DNA from: Cyanobacteria bacterium P01_D01_bin.156
GTDB lineage: Bacteria; Cyanobacteriota; Cyanobacteriia; Phormidesmidales; Phormidesmidaceae
Length of the DNA stretch: 64,000 nucleotides
NCBI GenBank assembly: GCA_039024555.1
Contig: JBCCQQ010000014.1
Span: forward strand, 40,065 to 104,064
Direction: 5' to 3'
In this document: positions 39,491-48,499 of the stretch, piece after piece
How the letters are laid out: every line of letters begins with the position of its first letter
Numbering within the stretch: the first letter of the stretch is position 1
Translations under genes and position numbers: made by a program
The notes under the pieces: generated by a model
The model's database searches: none
What the model was told of the DNA's origin: nothing
Seen by the model: only the letters and a program-made list of their open reading frames with translations

Positions 39491-40336
39491 CTAATCTTTA
39501 AGCACTCTTGAATCGTAACCAAAGGAACGAGCTAAATCAGCTTTAGCATCCGCTTGGGAATGCCGCTCATAGCGCCCTATGCTGATGAACTCACCGAGAG
39601 TGCCACTGTCCATAACTGCTTCAGGAAAGTCTTGACGCACACGACTTAAGTCTGACTCGCCTGCGATGATAGCGGCTACATAACGATTCTCTTCATCAAA
39701 GTTACCGTTAGACTCAAACCCCATGTGAGTTAACGTTTCTCGGTCAGCAACGCCGGTAACATCGCCGTTGGGTTGTACGATGCCGGCAGTGCGCTGGTAG
39801 GCTCTTACCGCTTGACGTGTATCAGTTCCATAGACACCGTCCTCAGGTAAATCAAACCCAAAACTTCTCAGGGTTGACTGCAGTACCGAAACATCTGCAG
39901 AACGATCACCAAAGCGCAACTCATCCGTGCGAATAGCACCGTGTACCGGATGAGTCATACGAGGTAAAAGGCTGGTTGGGTCAACCCCCAAAGCGCTCAG
40001 GGTTTCAACATTCGCTAGACCGGTGACTTCCAAACGACGGATGCGTTGAAACTGTCTTACAGCTTGGCGAGTATCCTCACCATAGACACCGTCAATGGTG
40101 TACGGAAACAAACCATAGCTGTTGAGCGCTCGCTGCAGCTCTATAACTTCTGGACCAGAGCTACCAAATTGTAATCTGACATCAGCTGGTAATCCTTGGG
40201 CAACCAGAACAGAACCCTGCGGTAGCTTAGCGATGGCTGAGGTAATGGTCAGTAGCCAAATCCCTGCCAATATACTGAGTTTCCTAGGGGAAGAAAACCG
40301 ACAGCAAGCATTGAAAAAGTGCCTAACAACGTTCAT
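39491..40336 (-). CDS. Peptidoglycan-binding protein (two PG_binding_1 domains)
   Basis: Two 'DGVYG.DTRQAVR.(F/Y)QR' repeats; C-terminal domain shared with the neighbouring gene. Confidence 0.88.
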   Translation of the reverse strand: MNVVRHFFNACCRFSSPRKLSILAGIWLLTITSAIAKLPQGSVLVAQGLPADVRLQFGSSGPEVIELQRALNSYGLFPYTIDGVYGEDTRQAVRQFQRIRRLEVTGLANVETLSALGVDPTSLLPRMTHPVHGAIRTDELRFGDRSADVSVLQSTLRSFGFDLPEDGVYGTDTRQAVRAYQRTAGIVQPNGDVTGVADRETLTHMGFESNGNFDEENRYVAAIIAGESDLSRVRQDFPEAVMDSGTLGEFISIGRYERHSQADAKADLARSFGYDSRVLKD

Positions 40337-40820
40337 ACGTACTACTTAGATATTACCAACCTAACAGAGCCAGTATGATGCCTGGGTGATATTACGGTTA
40401 CACATACTTCAATTAAATCATTTCTGTGGGAAGTGTATGGTCTGGCTGAACGTTATCAGAGGTATTCAGTAAAAGACCTTTGCCTTTATAAAGCTGATAT
40501 TAAGAACCCGATGATTAGCGATTAGCTCCAATGCCAACGGCACATCACTACAAGCTAGCCAATCAATTTAGAGAGACCCCTGGGAACTTAATCGCTTTTA
40601 GATACAATGAGCGGAAACAAAGCTTGAGATTTTTTAACATACTGCCCAGTTCATTCTATTCATGGTTCTTCTTTAAATATTGGACGGTGCTGGTTTGGTT
40701 GTCTGCAGCGTTCGATCTAGACGATTTTTTATGCCGGGAGAATGTACTTGACTAGGGTGTTAATGATTATTCCGATACTTCTCAACTAGCTGTTACTAAT
40801 CCGTTCTACTTATCCTATAT

Positions 40821-41798
40821 ATGTTAAGACCTCGTCTCCGCCGTGCATCGAGGCGGCTATTGTTATATCGAGAACAGCGTTACCCGAACATTGAGCGGCT
40901 TGGTGTTACTCATTCCTACTGGGGAGATTCGTATCATATTCTGCTGACTATTTCCTGGCCTGCTTTTATGCTCCTAGTCGGCGGCTGTTATCTATTGGTT
41001 AATGCCTTATTTGCCATTGCCTATGGACTCAATGCGGATGCGATCGCAAATATCCGACCAGGGCATTTTCAAGACCTCTTTTTCTTTAGTGTGCAAACCA
41101 TGGCCTCTATCGGCTATGGCGCTATGTACCCAACGAGTAACTACACCCACTCGCTGGTAGTTATTGAAGCTCTTTTTGGCCTCTGTTTTACAGCAGTCAC
41201 AACAGGGCTTGTCTTTGCCCGATTTTCCCTACCCACTGCCCGTATTCTTTACAGTGCCGTTGCTGTGGTAGCCCCGTTTAATGGGGTGCCTACCCTGATG
41301 TTTCGTACCGCTAACGAACGTCGCAACTACATTTTAGAAGCTCAGCTATGGGTCACCTTAGTACGTGATGAAGTCACAGAAGAAGGAGAGCATATCCGTC
41401 GCTTTCATGACCTACCGCTGGTGCGTTCCCACACTCCAGTATTTAGCCTGTCTTGGACAGCTATGCATCCCATCACCATTGACAGCCCGTTTTATGGAGA
41501 AACACCTGAAACTTTAGAGCAGAATCGGGCAGAAATCATTGTCACCCTTACCGGTCTGGATGAAACTCTATCCCAGACAATCCATGCCCGTCATGCCTTT
41601 AGCGACAACGAAATTCACTGGAACTATAAATTCGTGGATATTATTTCCACCAATCAAGCAGGACGCTTGGTAATCGACTACAACCACTTCCATTCAATTG
41701 AGCCGGTCCGAACTCAACCTGGCGGCATGTATCACAGTTCAGAAAAGGTAGCCAGTTGGATAGGCTCTGAAACCCACAGCGTAGGACCGCTAGCATAG
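40821..41798 (+). CDS. Inward-rectifier K+ channel (KirBac family)
   Basis: Pore 'FFFSVQTMASIGYG', 'FARFSLP', 'PTLMFR.AN.R.N.I', 'W...HPI..DSP'. Confidence 0.93.
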   Translation: MLRPRLRRASRRLLLYREQRYPNIERLGVTHSYWGDSYHILLTISWPAFMLLVGGCYLLVNALFAIAYGLNADAIANIRPGHFQDLFFFSVQTMASIGYGAMYPTSNYTHSLVVIEALFGLCFTAVTTGLVFARFSLPTARILYSAVAVVAPFNGVPTLMFRTANERRNYILEAQLWVTLVRDEVTEEGEHIRRFHDLPLVRSHTPVFSLSWTAMHPITIDSPFYGETPETLEQNRAEIIVTLTGLDETLSQTIHARHAFSDNEIHWNYKFVDIISTNQAGRLVIDYNHFHSIEPVRTQPGGMYHSSEKVASWIGSETHSVGPLA

Positions 41799-41804
41799 AG
41801 GACC

Positions 41805-41845
41805 ATACCCCGAATTTACCAGAGCTCCCGGCAAGTTCGGGGTAT
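41805..41845. terminator. Hairpin between convergent genes
   Basis: Stem ATACCCCGAA...TTCGGGGTAT. Confidence 0.55.
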
Positions 41846-41873
41846 AGCATGTCCAAACCAGCAACAAATATAG

Positions 41874-42959
41874 CTAAACCAATAGAGTAAACAGTTTAAC
41901 CATCAGCTTAGTACGGTTGACTGGCTTGGTGATATAGAAGGAAGCGCCCGCCAGTTTGGCCCGAATACGACTCAGAAGACCAGATTTCGGGGCTAGCAGA
42001 ATAATCGGAACATCTTTGTACTGGGGATGACGATGCAGATGGGAGCATAAATCAAATCCATTCAACCCCTCCATAGCAGTCGTCAGTATGATCAGATCAG
42101 GCTGGCACTTAGCTAAATCAGCCACCGCCGTAGCCACATCATCTACAGAGGTAATAGAGAACACCGTATCCTCCAAGTAACCCCGAAGCTCTTGAATAAA
42201 CTGATTATCTGAATCAATACACACAAGCTGATAGGAAGGTGCTGCAGACTGATCAGTTGGTGTAGATCCTAGCGAGTCCGTCCCAAGTACAGATGATGAT
42301 TGCTCAAACGACTTAGTCGAAGCTTGTTGCAGCAAGGACCTAATGTCATTACCAGCAGGGACTATTTGCTCAAGAGTGGATGCTTCAGCTACATTACGAC
42401 TGCTATCTAGGGATTCCCTGGGAGAACTAGACGGCTGGGAAGATAACGCTTCTTCCTGCTGGTGACATTCTTCCACCAGTGCGCGAATGTCTAAGGTGCA
42501 AAAAATAGGATGGTCAAATATGTTGCTAAAACCATTGACCTCGTAGCTACCCTTGGTCACCCGTAGCAAGGAAGTAATAGTAGTCACGGCAAGAGCACGC
42601 ACCAATTTACCAGCTTGTTCAAAGCTAATATGCTCTTGTTCCACCAACCACCGAATAGCCCGATGATCGGCGCTCAACGCGTCTCCTTGATGCACATATT
42701 GCCGATGGTATAGCTGTAACTGAGCCAAAACTAAATCAGTAATGACTTCAGGAAAAAGCTGACGAGACTCAAATCGAAGAGCGTCAAAACCATTCTGAGA
42801 ACTTGTTGCGAATAAAAGCTTACCCCGCTGTAACCACAGAGACCAGCGAACATTATTGGATACGACCAAAAGTTCACCACTAATTTGACGACCCACCAGC
42901 TGTGCTAGCAAAGTGAGGGGGTGTAGTGTTTTTTGTGTAAGAGTGCCTGCTAAAACCAT
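41874..42959 (-). CDS. PatA-type response regulator (PATAN + atypical receiver)
   Basis: N-terminal 'SGELLV...VRWSLWLQRGKLLFAT'; C-terminal REC '..CID...PDLIIL...M..LNGF.LC', 'RAKLAGA..YITKP'. Confidence 0.85.
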   Translation of the reverse strand: MVLAGTLTQKTLHPLTLLAQLVGRQISGELLVVSNNVRWSLWLQRGKLLFATSSQNGFDALRFESRQLFPEVITDLVLAQLQLYHRQYVHQGDALSADHRAIRWLVEQEHISFEQAGKLVRALAVTTITSLLRVTKGSYEVNGFSNIFDHPIFCTLDIRALVEECHQQEEALSSQPSSSPRESLDSSRNVAEASTLEQIVPAGNDIRSLLQQASTKSFEQSSSVLGTDSLGSTPTDQSAAPSYQLVCIDSDNQFIQELRGYLEDTVFSITSVDDVATAVADLAKCQPDLIILTTAMEGLNGFDLCSHLHRHPQYKDVPIILLAPKSGLLSRIRAKLAGASFYITKPVNRTKLMVKLFTLLV

Positions 42960-43925
42960 GAGAGAAGGCCCGGTCAAAGAACGGTATTCGAAGTGGTAAG
43001 AATCAGATAGAGCAACGATATATCAGGGACTAAAAAGACCTGCCTAATATAATTAATATCAAGCTTGAGTCCTCTCCCAAAACATCAATTCAAGTGGTTA
43101 TGTAGAGGCTAATTGATTCCTATTCCCTTGTTGTAAGCAAAGTTAGTAAGCAATTAACAACTGAATAAATACACTTAGATTGATTCTTAAGTTTAGATTG
43201 CCCTGGTGGAGTAAACTGCTTCTCTCCAAAGACTCTTGCTAGCTTTTCGCTATTAACAAAGATGGAGATATCAGTATTTACCCCTTGAGCTATGTCGACC
43301 AATGTCAACTAATTAAATTAAAGGTGCAAGTTTTTTCGTAGAAGCTGGTCAAAAATTTATATCTTCGGCCTCACTAGTTTACACAAGCAAAATTTTAAGA
43401 TTTCATGTGCCGAATAACAAATTCTCCGAAAATGTACGTAACCCACAGCAATTGATTCGCCAAGCCTACAGAACATTCCAGCCGTATTATTAAAGTCAAA
43501 GATGTTCATATATTTGAACATCTTATCAAGAGCTTTACAGCGCCTGTAGGTAACTAGCTAACCTCTAAAATATATAGACTTAATTTCTAACAAATAGTTC
43601 AGGTTTACAACAGGTATTTCTGTTGAATATTTATCCGCAATTCCACGGATGATTTTATCTCTTGATAATGTGTTTCTTTCTGATAAATATTTTATGCGAG
43701 TAATTTTTTCCGGATTTTGCATAAACGTTCTGAAATAGAACACTTTATCTAGAACTAGAGCGATTCTGGGTAACTTTAAAGAACACCAACGGGTTCTATA
43801 CTCCATACATGAACAACGCCTATGGGCTGAGTACATTCAGTACATAGGCTTAGTCATTTAAGGAAGGTTTTTAACAGCAGGCGTTGTGACTAGGTGTATA
43901 CACCAGACAAAAGAGCTATCTTTGC

Positions 43926-46094
43926 TTAATGGATGCTATCTTTCGCCTGCTGCATTAGATGTTCATGGGTACTGTGTAATGCCTCATCTGATGCCGGCTG
44001 ACGCTGGACGTAAGTTCCATCGGGCTGCATTTGCCAGGCTTGACGATTATCGGTTAAACAGCTGTTTAAAGTGCTGGTTAACTCCTGTCGCAAACGAGGA
44101 TCGATGATGGGAACGACAGCTTCTACCCGCCGATCTAAGTTACGTGGCATCCAGTCAGCACTACCAATGTAGAACTGCTCGTTGCCGTCGTTATGGAAAT
44201 AAAAGATCCGTGAATGTTCTAAGAAACGGCCAATAATACTAAGCACTTGAATATTTTCACTGACTCCTTTGATGCCTGGAGTGAGGCAACAGATGCCTCG
44301 GATGATCAAATTAATATGCACTCCTGCTTGAGATGCTTGGTACAGGGCTTGAATCATACCAGGATCGACCAGGGAGTTCATTTTGGCAATAATTTGTCCT
44401 TTGGTCCCGTAGGTTGCTTCCTGATGAATCATGGCCAGCATACGCTCTCTCAAGGTGATAGGAGCAATGAGCAATTGCCGATAGGCCTTTTGCCTGGAAT
44501 ATCCGGTCAAATAGTTGAATAGGTCTGTGAGGTCTGCCCCTAGTTCGTCACGACAGCTAAGCAGTCCTAAATCAGTGTATAACCGGGCGGTTTTTGGATT
44601 GTAATTGCCAGTACCAATGTGTACATAGCGACGGATGCCATCCTGTTCTTTACGAACGACTAGGGCAACTTTTGTATGAGTCTTCAGACCAATCAAACCA
44701 TAGACAACGTGCACCCCAGCTCTTTCAAGGGTACGAGCCCAGTTGATATTGTTTTCCTCATCAAAACGGGCTTTAAGTTCTACAAGAGCCACGACTTGCT
44801 TACCGTTCTCAGCCGCTGAAATCAGCGCATTAATAATCGGAGAATCTCCCGAAGTCCGATACAGCGTCATCTTAATGGTGAGCACATCGGGATCTGCGGC
44901 TGCTTGGGTAATAAATTGCTGGACAGTTGCGCCAAAGGATATATAGGGATGATGAACCAACCGATCTCGACGACGAATGATGGAGAAAACATCATCACCT
45001 TCACCATCGGTTTCATCGCGGTTAATACGATGCCAAGGAGATGGAATAACGGCAGACCAGTTCTTATCTTTGAGCTCTGGCAAGGGCAGACCGAGGAGGG
45101 ACATTAAATCGCCTAAACCAATCAGGCCAGGAACATCGTAGATATCATCCTCGGTCAAGTCCATTTCAGACAGCAACGTAGCCCGGACTTCAGGTGCAGT
45201 GTCAGCCTGCAGTTCCATGCGGACCGACGAGCCACCCAAACGGCGTTTTCGCAGCTCTTGCTCCATGGCCAACATCAAATCATCTGCATCATCCTCCTCC
45301 ACCGAAAGATCGGCATTGCGAGTAATGCGAAATGTGTAATATTCCTGCACCACCATGCCTGGAAACAGAAAGGTAAGGTTTTTTCCAATTACCTGTTCCA
45401 GAGGAATAGCCGTCCAAATTGAGTTTTGTGGCTGCAGCGCTTTAGGGAGCTGAATAAATCGGGGCAATACTTTTGGGACCTTAATTCGGGCGAAATGGGC
45501 TTCGTCCGAATCGGTTTCACGCACCACGACGGCTAAATTTAGACTGAGATTGGATATGTAGGGAAAGGGGTGACCGGGATCAACCGCTAAAGGTGTTAGT
45601 ACGGGAAAAATTTGTTCTTCGAAGTAGGTTTGCAAGTAAGTGACTTGCTTGCTGTTAAGTTCATCGTAATTGAGCAAATGAATTCCATGGGGGCGCAATT
45701 GGCCAATAACCTGTAAGAAGCAATCGTGTTGCTCGGCAACAGTAGGTCTAAGCTTTTGGCTAATGGCTTGGAGATGATCGGAGGGAGTGCGGCCATCGGC
45801 AGTACGGCGTGTGACTTGGGCAGCGATTTGTTTTTTAATGCCAGCAACACGCACCATAAAAAATTCATCTAGGTTATTGCTAAAAATGGCTAGGAATTTT
45901 AGCCGCTCTAGCATGGGCGTGCGTGGGTCCAACGCTTCATAGAGAACGCGCTCATTAAAGGACAACCAGCTTAATTCTCGACTGATGTAATACTGTGGTG
46001 CAGTTAGATCAATGTCTGCATAATCGGTAGAAGACTTTGCTCCCTTGCCTGGGGAGTTACTTTCAGTGTTACTTTCAGCTTTTTTTTCTAACAT
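43926..46094 (-). CDS. ppk1: Polyphosphate kinase 1
   Basis: Motifs 'RELSWLSFNERVL', 'NLDEFFMVRVAG', 'HHPY', 'ELKARFDEENNI', 'LKTHTK' and 'GSADWMPRNLDRRVE'. Confidence 0.98.
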   Translation of the reverse strand: MLEKKAESNTESNSPGKGAKSSTDYADIDLTAPQYYISRELSWLSFNERVLYEALDPRTPMLERLKFLAIFSNNLDEFFMVRVAGIKKQIAAQVTRRTADGRTPSDHLQAISQKLRPTVAEQHDCFLQVIGQLRPHGIHLLNYDELNSKQVTYLQTYFEEQIFPVLTPLAVDPGHPFPYISNLSLNLAVVVRETDSDEAHFARIKVPKVLPRFIQLPKALQPQNSIWTAIPLEQVIGKNLTFLFPGMVVQEYYTFRITRNADLSVEEDDADDLMLAMEQELRKRRLGGSSVRMELQADTAPEVRATLLSEMDLTEDDIYDVPGLIGLGDLMSLLGLPLPELKDKNWSAVIPSPWHRINRDETDGEGDDVFSIIRRRDRLVHHPYISFGATVQQFITQAAADPDVLTIKMTLYRTSGDSPIINALISAAENGKQVVALVELKARFDEENNINWARTLERAGVHVVYGLIGLKTHTKVALVVRKEQDGIRRYVHIGTGNYNPKTARLYTDLGLLSCRDELGADLTDLFNYLTGYSRQKAYRQLLIAPITLRERMLAMIHQEATYGTKGQIIAKMNSLVDPGMIQALYQASQAGVHINLIIRGICCLTPGIKGVSENIQVLSIIGRFLEHSRIFYFHNDGNEQFYIGSADWMPRNLDRRVEAVVPIIDPRLRQELTSTLNSCLTDNRQAWQMQPDGTYVQRQPASDEALHSTHEHLMQQAKDSIH

Positions 46095-46194
46095 ACTGCT
46101 TTGTCACTCTTAATGTTCCTGTGCGGTTAAGCGGTGTGCCTCAGCGTCTATCTAACGTGGCCTTGCAAACGATGCCTTTAGCAGTCTTCAGGAG

Positions 46195-46401
46195 CTAAAA
46201 AACATCCTTTTCACGACCGACCCACCATTCTCCCAATTTCATGAGGTCCCCATGGATGTCGGCCACCTGCTGGGCATAATCATCTGGCGAGAGTTCATGG
46301 CGACGTTCCTGTAGCTTTTTAAGTCGCAGTTGGATCAATAACCAGGGTTTGCTAATGCCGCCTGTAGATTCAATATATTTGGCGAGTTCGTTGCTATTCA
46401 T
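46195..46401 (-). CDS. Small cyanobacterial hypothetical protein
   Basis: 68-aa ORF with protein-like 'KPWLLIQLRLKKLQE...LGEWW.GRE..VF'; co-oriented with ppk1. Confidence 0.75.
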   Translation of the reverse strand: MNSNELAKYIESTGGISKPWLLIQLRLKKLQERRHELSPDDYAQQVADIHGDLMKLGEWWVGREKDVF

Positions 46402-46518
46402 AAAAATGATTCTTTGAAAATTTAAGGTGTAGATTCTGAGAATGGATATGTCTTTCAGACTATCTTTACCTTACTGAAGATTTAATTGGTCTGATGTGTT
46501 GGGCATCCCTTTCTATCG

Positions 46519-46565
46519 AAAAACCCGCGAGTAAAAGCCAGGTAGGCCCTTACTTGCGGGTTTTT
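46519..46565. terminator. Intrinsic terminator
   Basis: AAAAACCCGCGAGTAA...TTACTTGCGGGTTTTT inverted repeat with T tracts on both sides. Confidence 0.7.
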
Positions 46566-46622
46566 ATAAAGGAATAGGTTATTCCTAGGTCTACCATAGA
46601 CTAGCCATGCCAGTCTGAGGAG

Positions 46623-48248
46623 TTAGCGTTTGAGATGGTCAACCCACTCGCGTAGGTTATCGGCGGCAACATCGCGCCCTCCTAAACCAAACGAGATTGC
46701 GATCGCTACAGCAATTGCTCCCAGCAATAAACCGAACGCCAGGTTGACAATGCTAGTCGCCACACCCATCTGCTGTAGAGCCATGGCACCCACAAAGGCA
46801 ATAATGGCAATCCGAGCAGTTTGGGCCAATGTGTTGGAAGAAGACATGCCCATGCCATTCACCAAGCGGAAGGCCAAATTAGCCGCATAGAGGCCAATAG
46901 CAAACACCACAATACCGCTCAGAACACGTACGGAAACCGCCATGATGTTCTTCACGATTTGAGTCAGAACAGGAAAATCCAGAATTTCAGTCGCCGTAAT
47001 CGCACCAAATAGGACAATGCCGACCAGGACAAGCACACCTACAATTTCAGAAGGCGTCTTACTAGGCGCTTCTACAGCAGGAATAGGCTCACCTTCAGCT
47101 AGCGTTATTTCAGGCTCTGGTGTGGTGAGCTCAGGCAGACCCAAGATGCTTGTAATGTTGTCAAAACCGATACCCGAGAGCAGACTAACAACTAGGTCAG
47201 AAATAAACTGACCGATGAAGTAGAAGATTGTTAGAACAACACCCGCTGCCAGTACCTGAGGAATAATAAAGAGCACGCGCTCCAACATATCCACCGCTGG
47301 ACCAGAAATAGCTTCTATGTTTAGCTCATTAAGCGCGGCAATCGAAGCAGGAATCAGGATTAGCGTGTAAACCAGTATCCCAGCCAAGCTAGACACGGAG
47401 ATACCATCATCAGGACGAGCTGCTAGACCAAAACGGGCACCAAAGTTATCAGCTCCAGTGGCCATTAACAGATTGGTCACAATCCCCTTAACAATGTTGG
47501 CCACTAGCCAACCGATACCAAATACGATGGCTGCGGTAATGACTTGGGGGATCGCCGATAGAAACTCATTGAGTAGCTCTTCTACAGGCCCAAGCAAACC
47601 AGGTAGCTGGAGAGCACTCAGTACCAGCGGTAGCGCTAGTAGAAAAATAAACCAGTAAATGACATTACCAAGGGTGTCATTTACTTGGAAGGCATTACCC
47701 TCGGCATCAACACCCGTTTGCTCAGCCAGACGCTCATCCAGATTAAAGCGGCCTAAACCGTTGACAACGGCTGCTTTGGCGATTTTTGCAATTACCCAGG
47801 TAACAAACAGAATGAGCCCTGCGCCCGCTAATCGGGGAACATACTCAAAAACAGTTTGCAATAAACCACTTATGGGCTGGGAAACCGCATCCAACTTGAG
47901 CGCATTCAAGATGGCAATGATAAAGAAGAGCATTACCACCCAGAACACAACACTGCCGATTGTGCTTTCGATGGGGGCATCCTGCCCAATGCCAGCTTTA
48001 GCAGCTAGCTGATTGTCCAAGTCTGTCTTACTTAGCAAAAACTTGGCAAATGCCTTAGCGATTGTGGCGACCACCAAGCCCACAATCAGCAGCAAAAAGG
48101 CAGCCAACAGTCCTGGCAAAAAATTACCGAGCTGACTGCCGATGCTATCCGTAAACTGTGTAATCGAGGATGTGTTTGCAATGGCAAGGTTAGTCATTGG
48201 ATCTAAACCTAGCCAATCAAACCCAATTACCCCGTGGAATTGAGTCAT
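46623..48248 (-). CDS. TM-helix-repeat membrane protein (CmpX / mechanosensitive channel-like)
   Basis: Repeated '(F/Y).P....A..I...GW.(V/I)A' TM units; C-terminal 'AFGLLLGAIAVAIAISFGLGGR'. Start 48248 or 48197. Confidence 0.85.
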   Translation of the reverse strand: MTQFHGVIGFDWLGLDPMTNLAIANTSSITQFTDSIGSQLGNFLPGLLAAFLLLIVGLVVATIAKAFAKFLLSKTDLDNQLAAKAGIGQDAPIESTIGSVVFWVVMLFFIIAILNALKLDAVSQPISGLLQTVFEYVPRLAGAGLILFVTWVIAKIAKAAVVNGLGRFNLDERLAEQTGVDAEGNAFQVNDTLGNVIYWFIFLLALPLVLSALQLPGLLGPVEELLNEFLSAIPQVITAAIVFGIGWLVANIVKGIVTNLLMATGADNFGARFGLAARPDDGISVSSLAGILVYTLILIPASIAALNELNIEAISGPAVDMLERVLFIIPQVLAAGVVLTIFYFIGQFISDLVVSLLSGIGFDNITSILGLPELTTPEPEITLAEGEPIPAVEAPSKTPSEIVGVLVLVGIVLFGAITATEILDFPVLTQIVKNIMAVSVRVLSGIVVFAIGLYAANLAFRLVNGMGMSSSNTLAQTARIAIIAFVGAMALQQMGVATSIVNLAFGLLLGAIAVAIAISFGLGGRDVAADNLREWVDHLKR

Positions 48249-48389
48249 TGTTCTATCTATGCCTACTGAACATCTACGCGTACCGAACACGGAGCACTCT
48301 AGTCAGAAGTGCTGCCATTAAGGTTAACGCTTAATATCAATTTTTTTCCGTGGGAGTCTTACTAATAGCAGACTTTGTAATAAATTCCT

Positions 48390-48405
48390 TGTATTTATAC
48401 GTACA
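48390..48405. promoter_or_regulatory. NtcA-consensus site (TGTA-N8-TACA)
   Basis: TGTATTTATACGTACA upstream of the CmpX-like gene; no canonically spaced -10 box found. Confidence 0.35.
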
Positions 48406-48436
48406 AGCGCGGAAAATCGTAGGATTTTCCGCGCTT
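48405..48436. terminator. Hairpin downstream of gyrA
   Basis: AAGCGCGGAAAATC-GTAG-GATTTTCCGCGCTT. Confidence 0.7.
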
Positions 48437-48499
48437 TCTCGGAGTTTGTTCACTAATCTTCAAGTAGAGGTTGATACTTAGGACATCCAAGATCGCTAA

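Noticed and set aside
43120..43836. Short ORFs in the AT-rich patA-ppk1 spacer
   Set aside because: No clear RBS or protein-like motifs; probably spurious.
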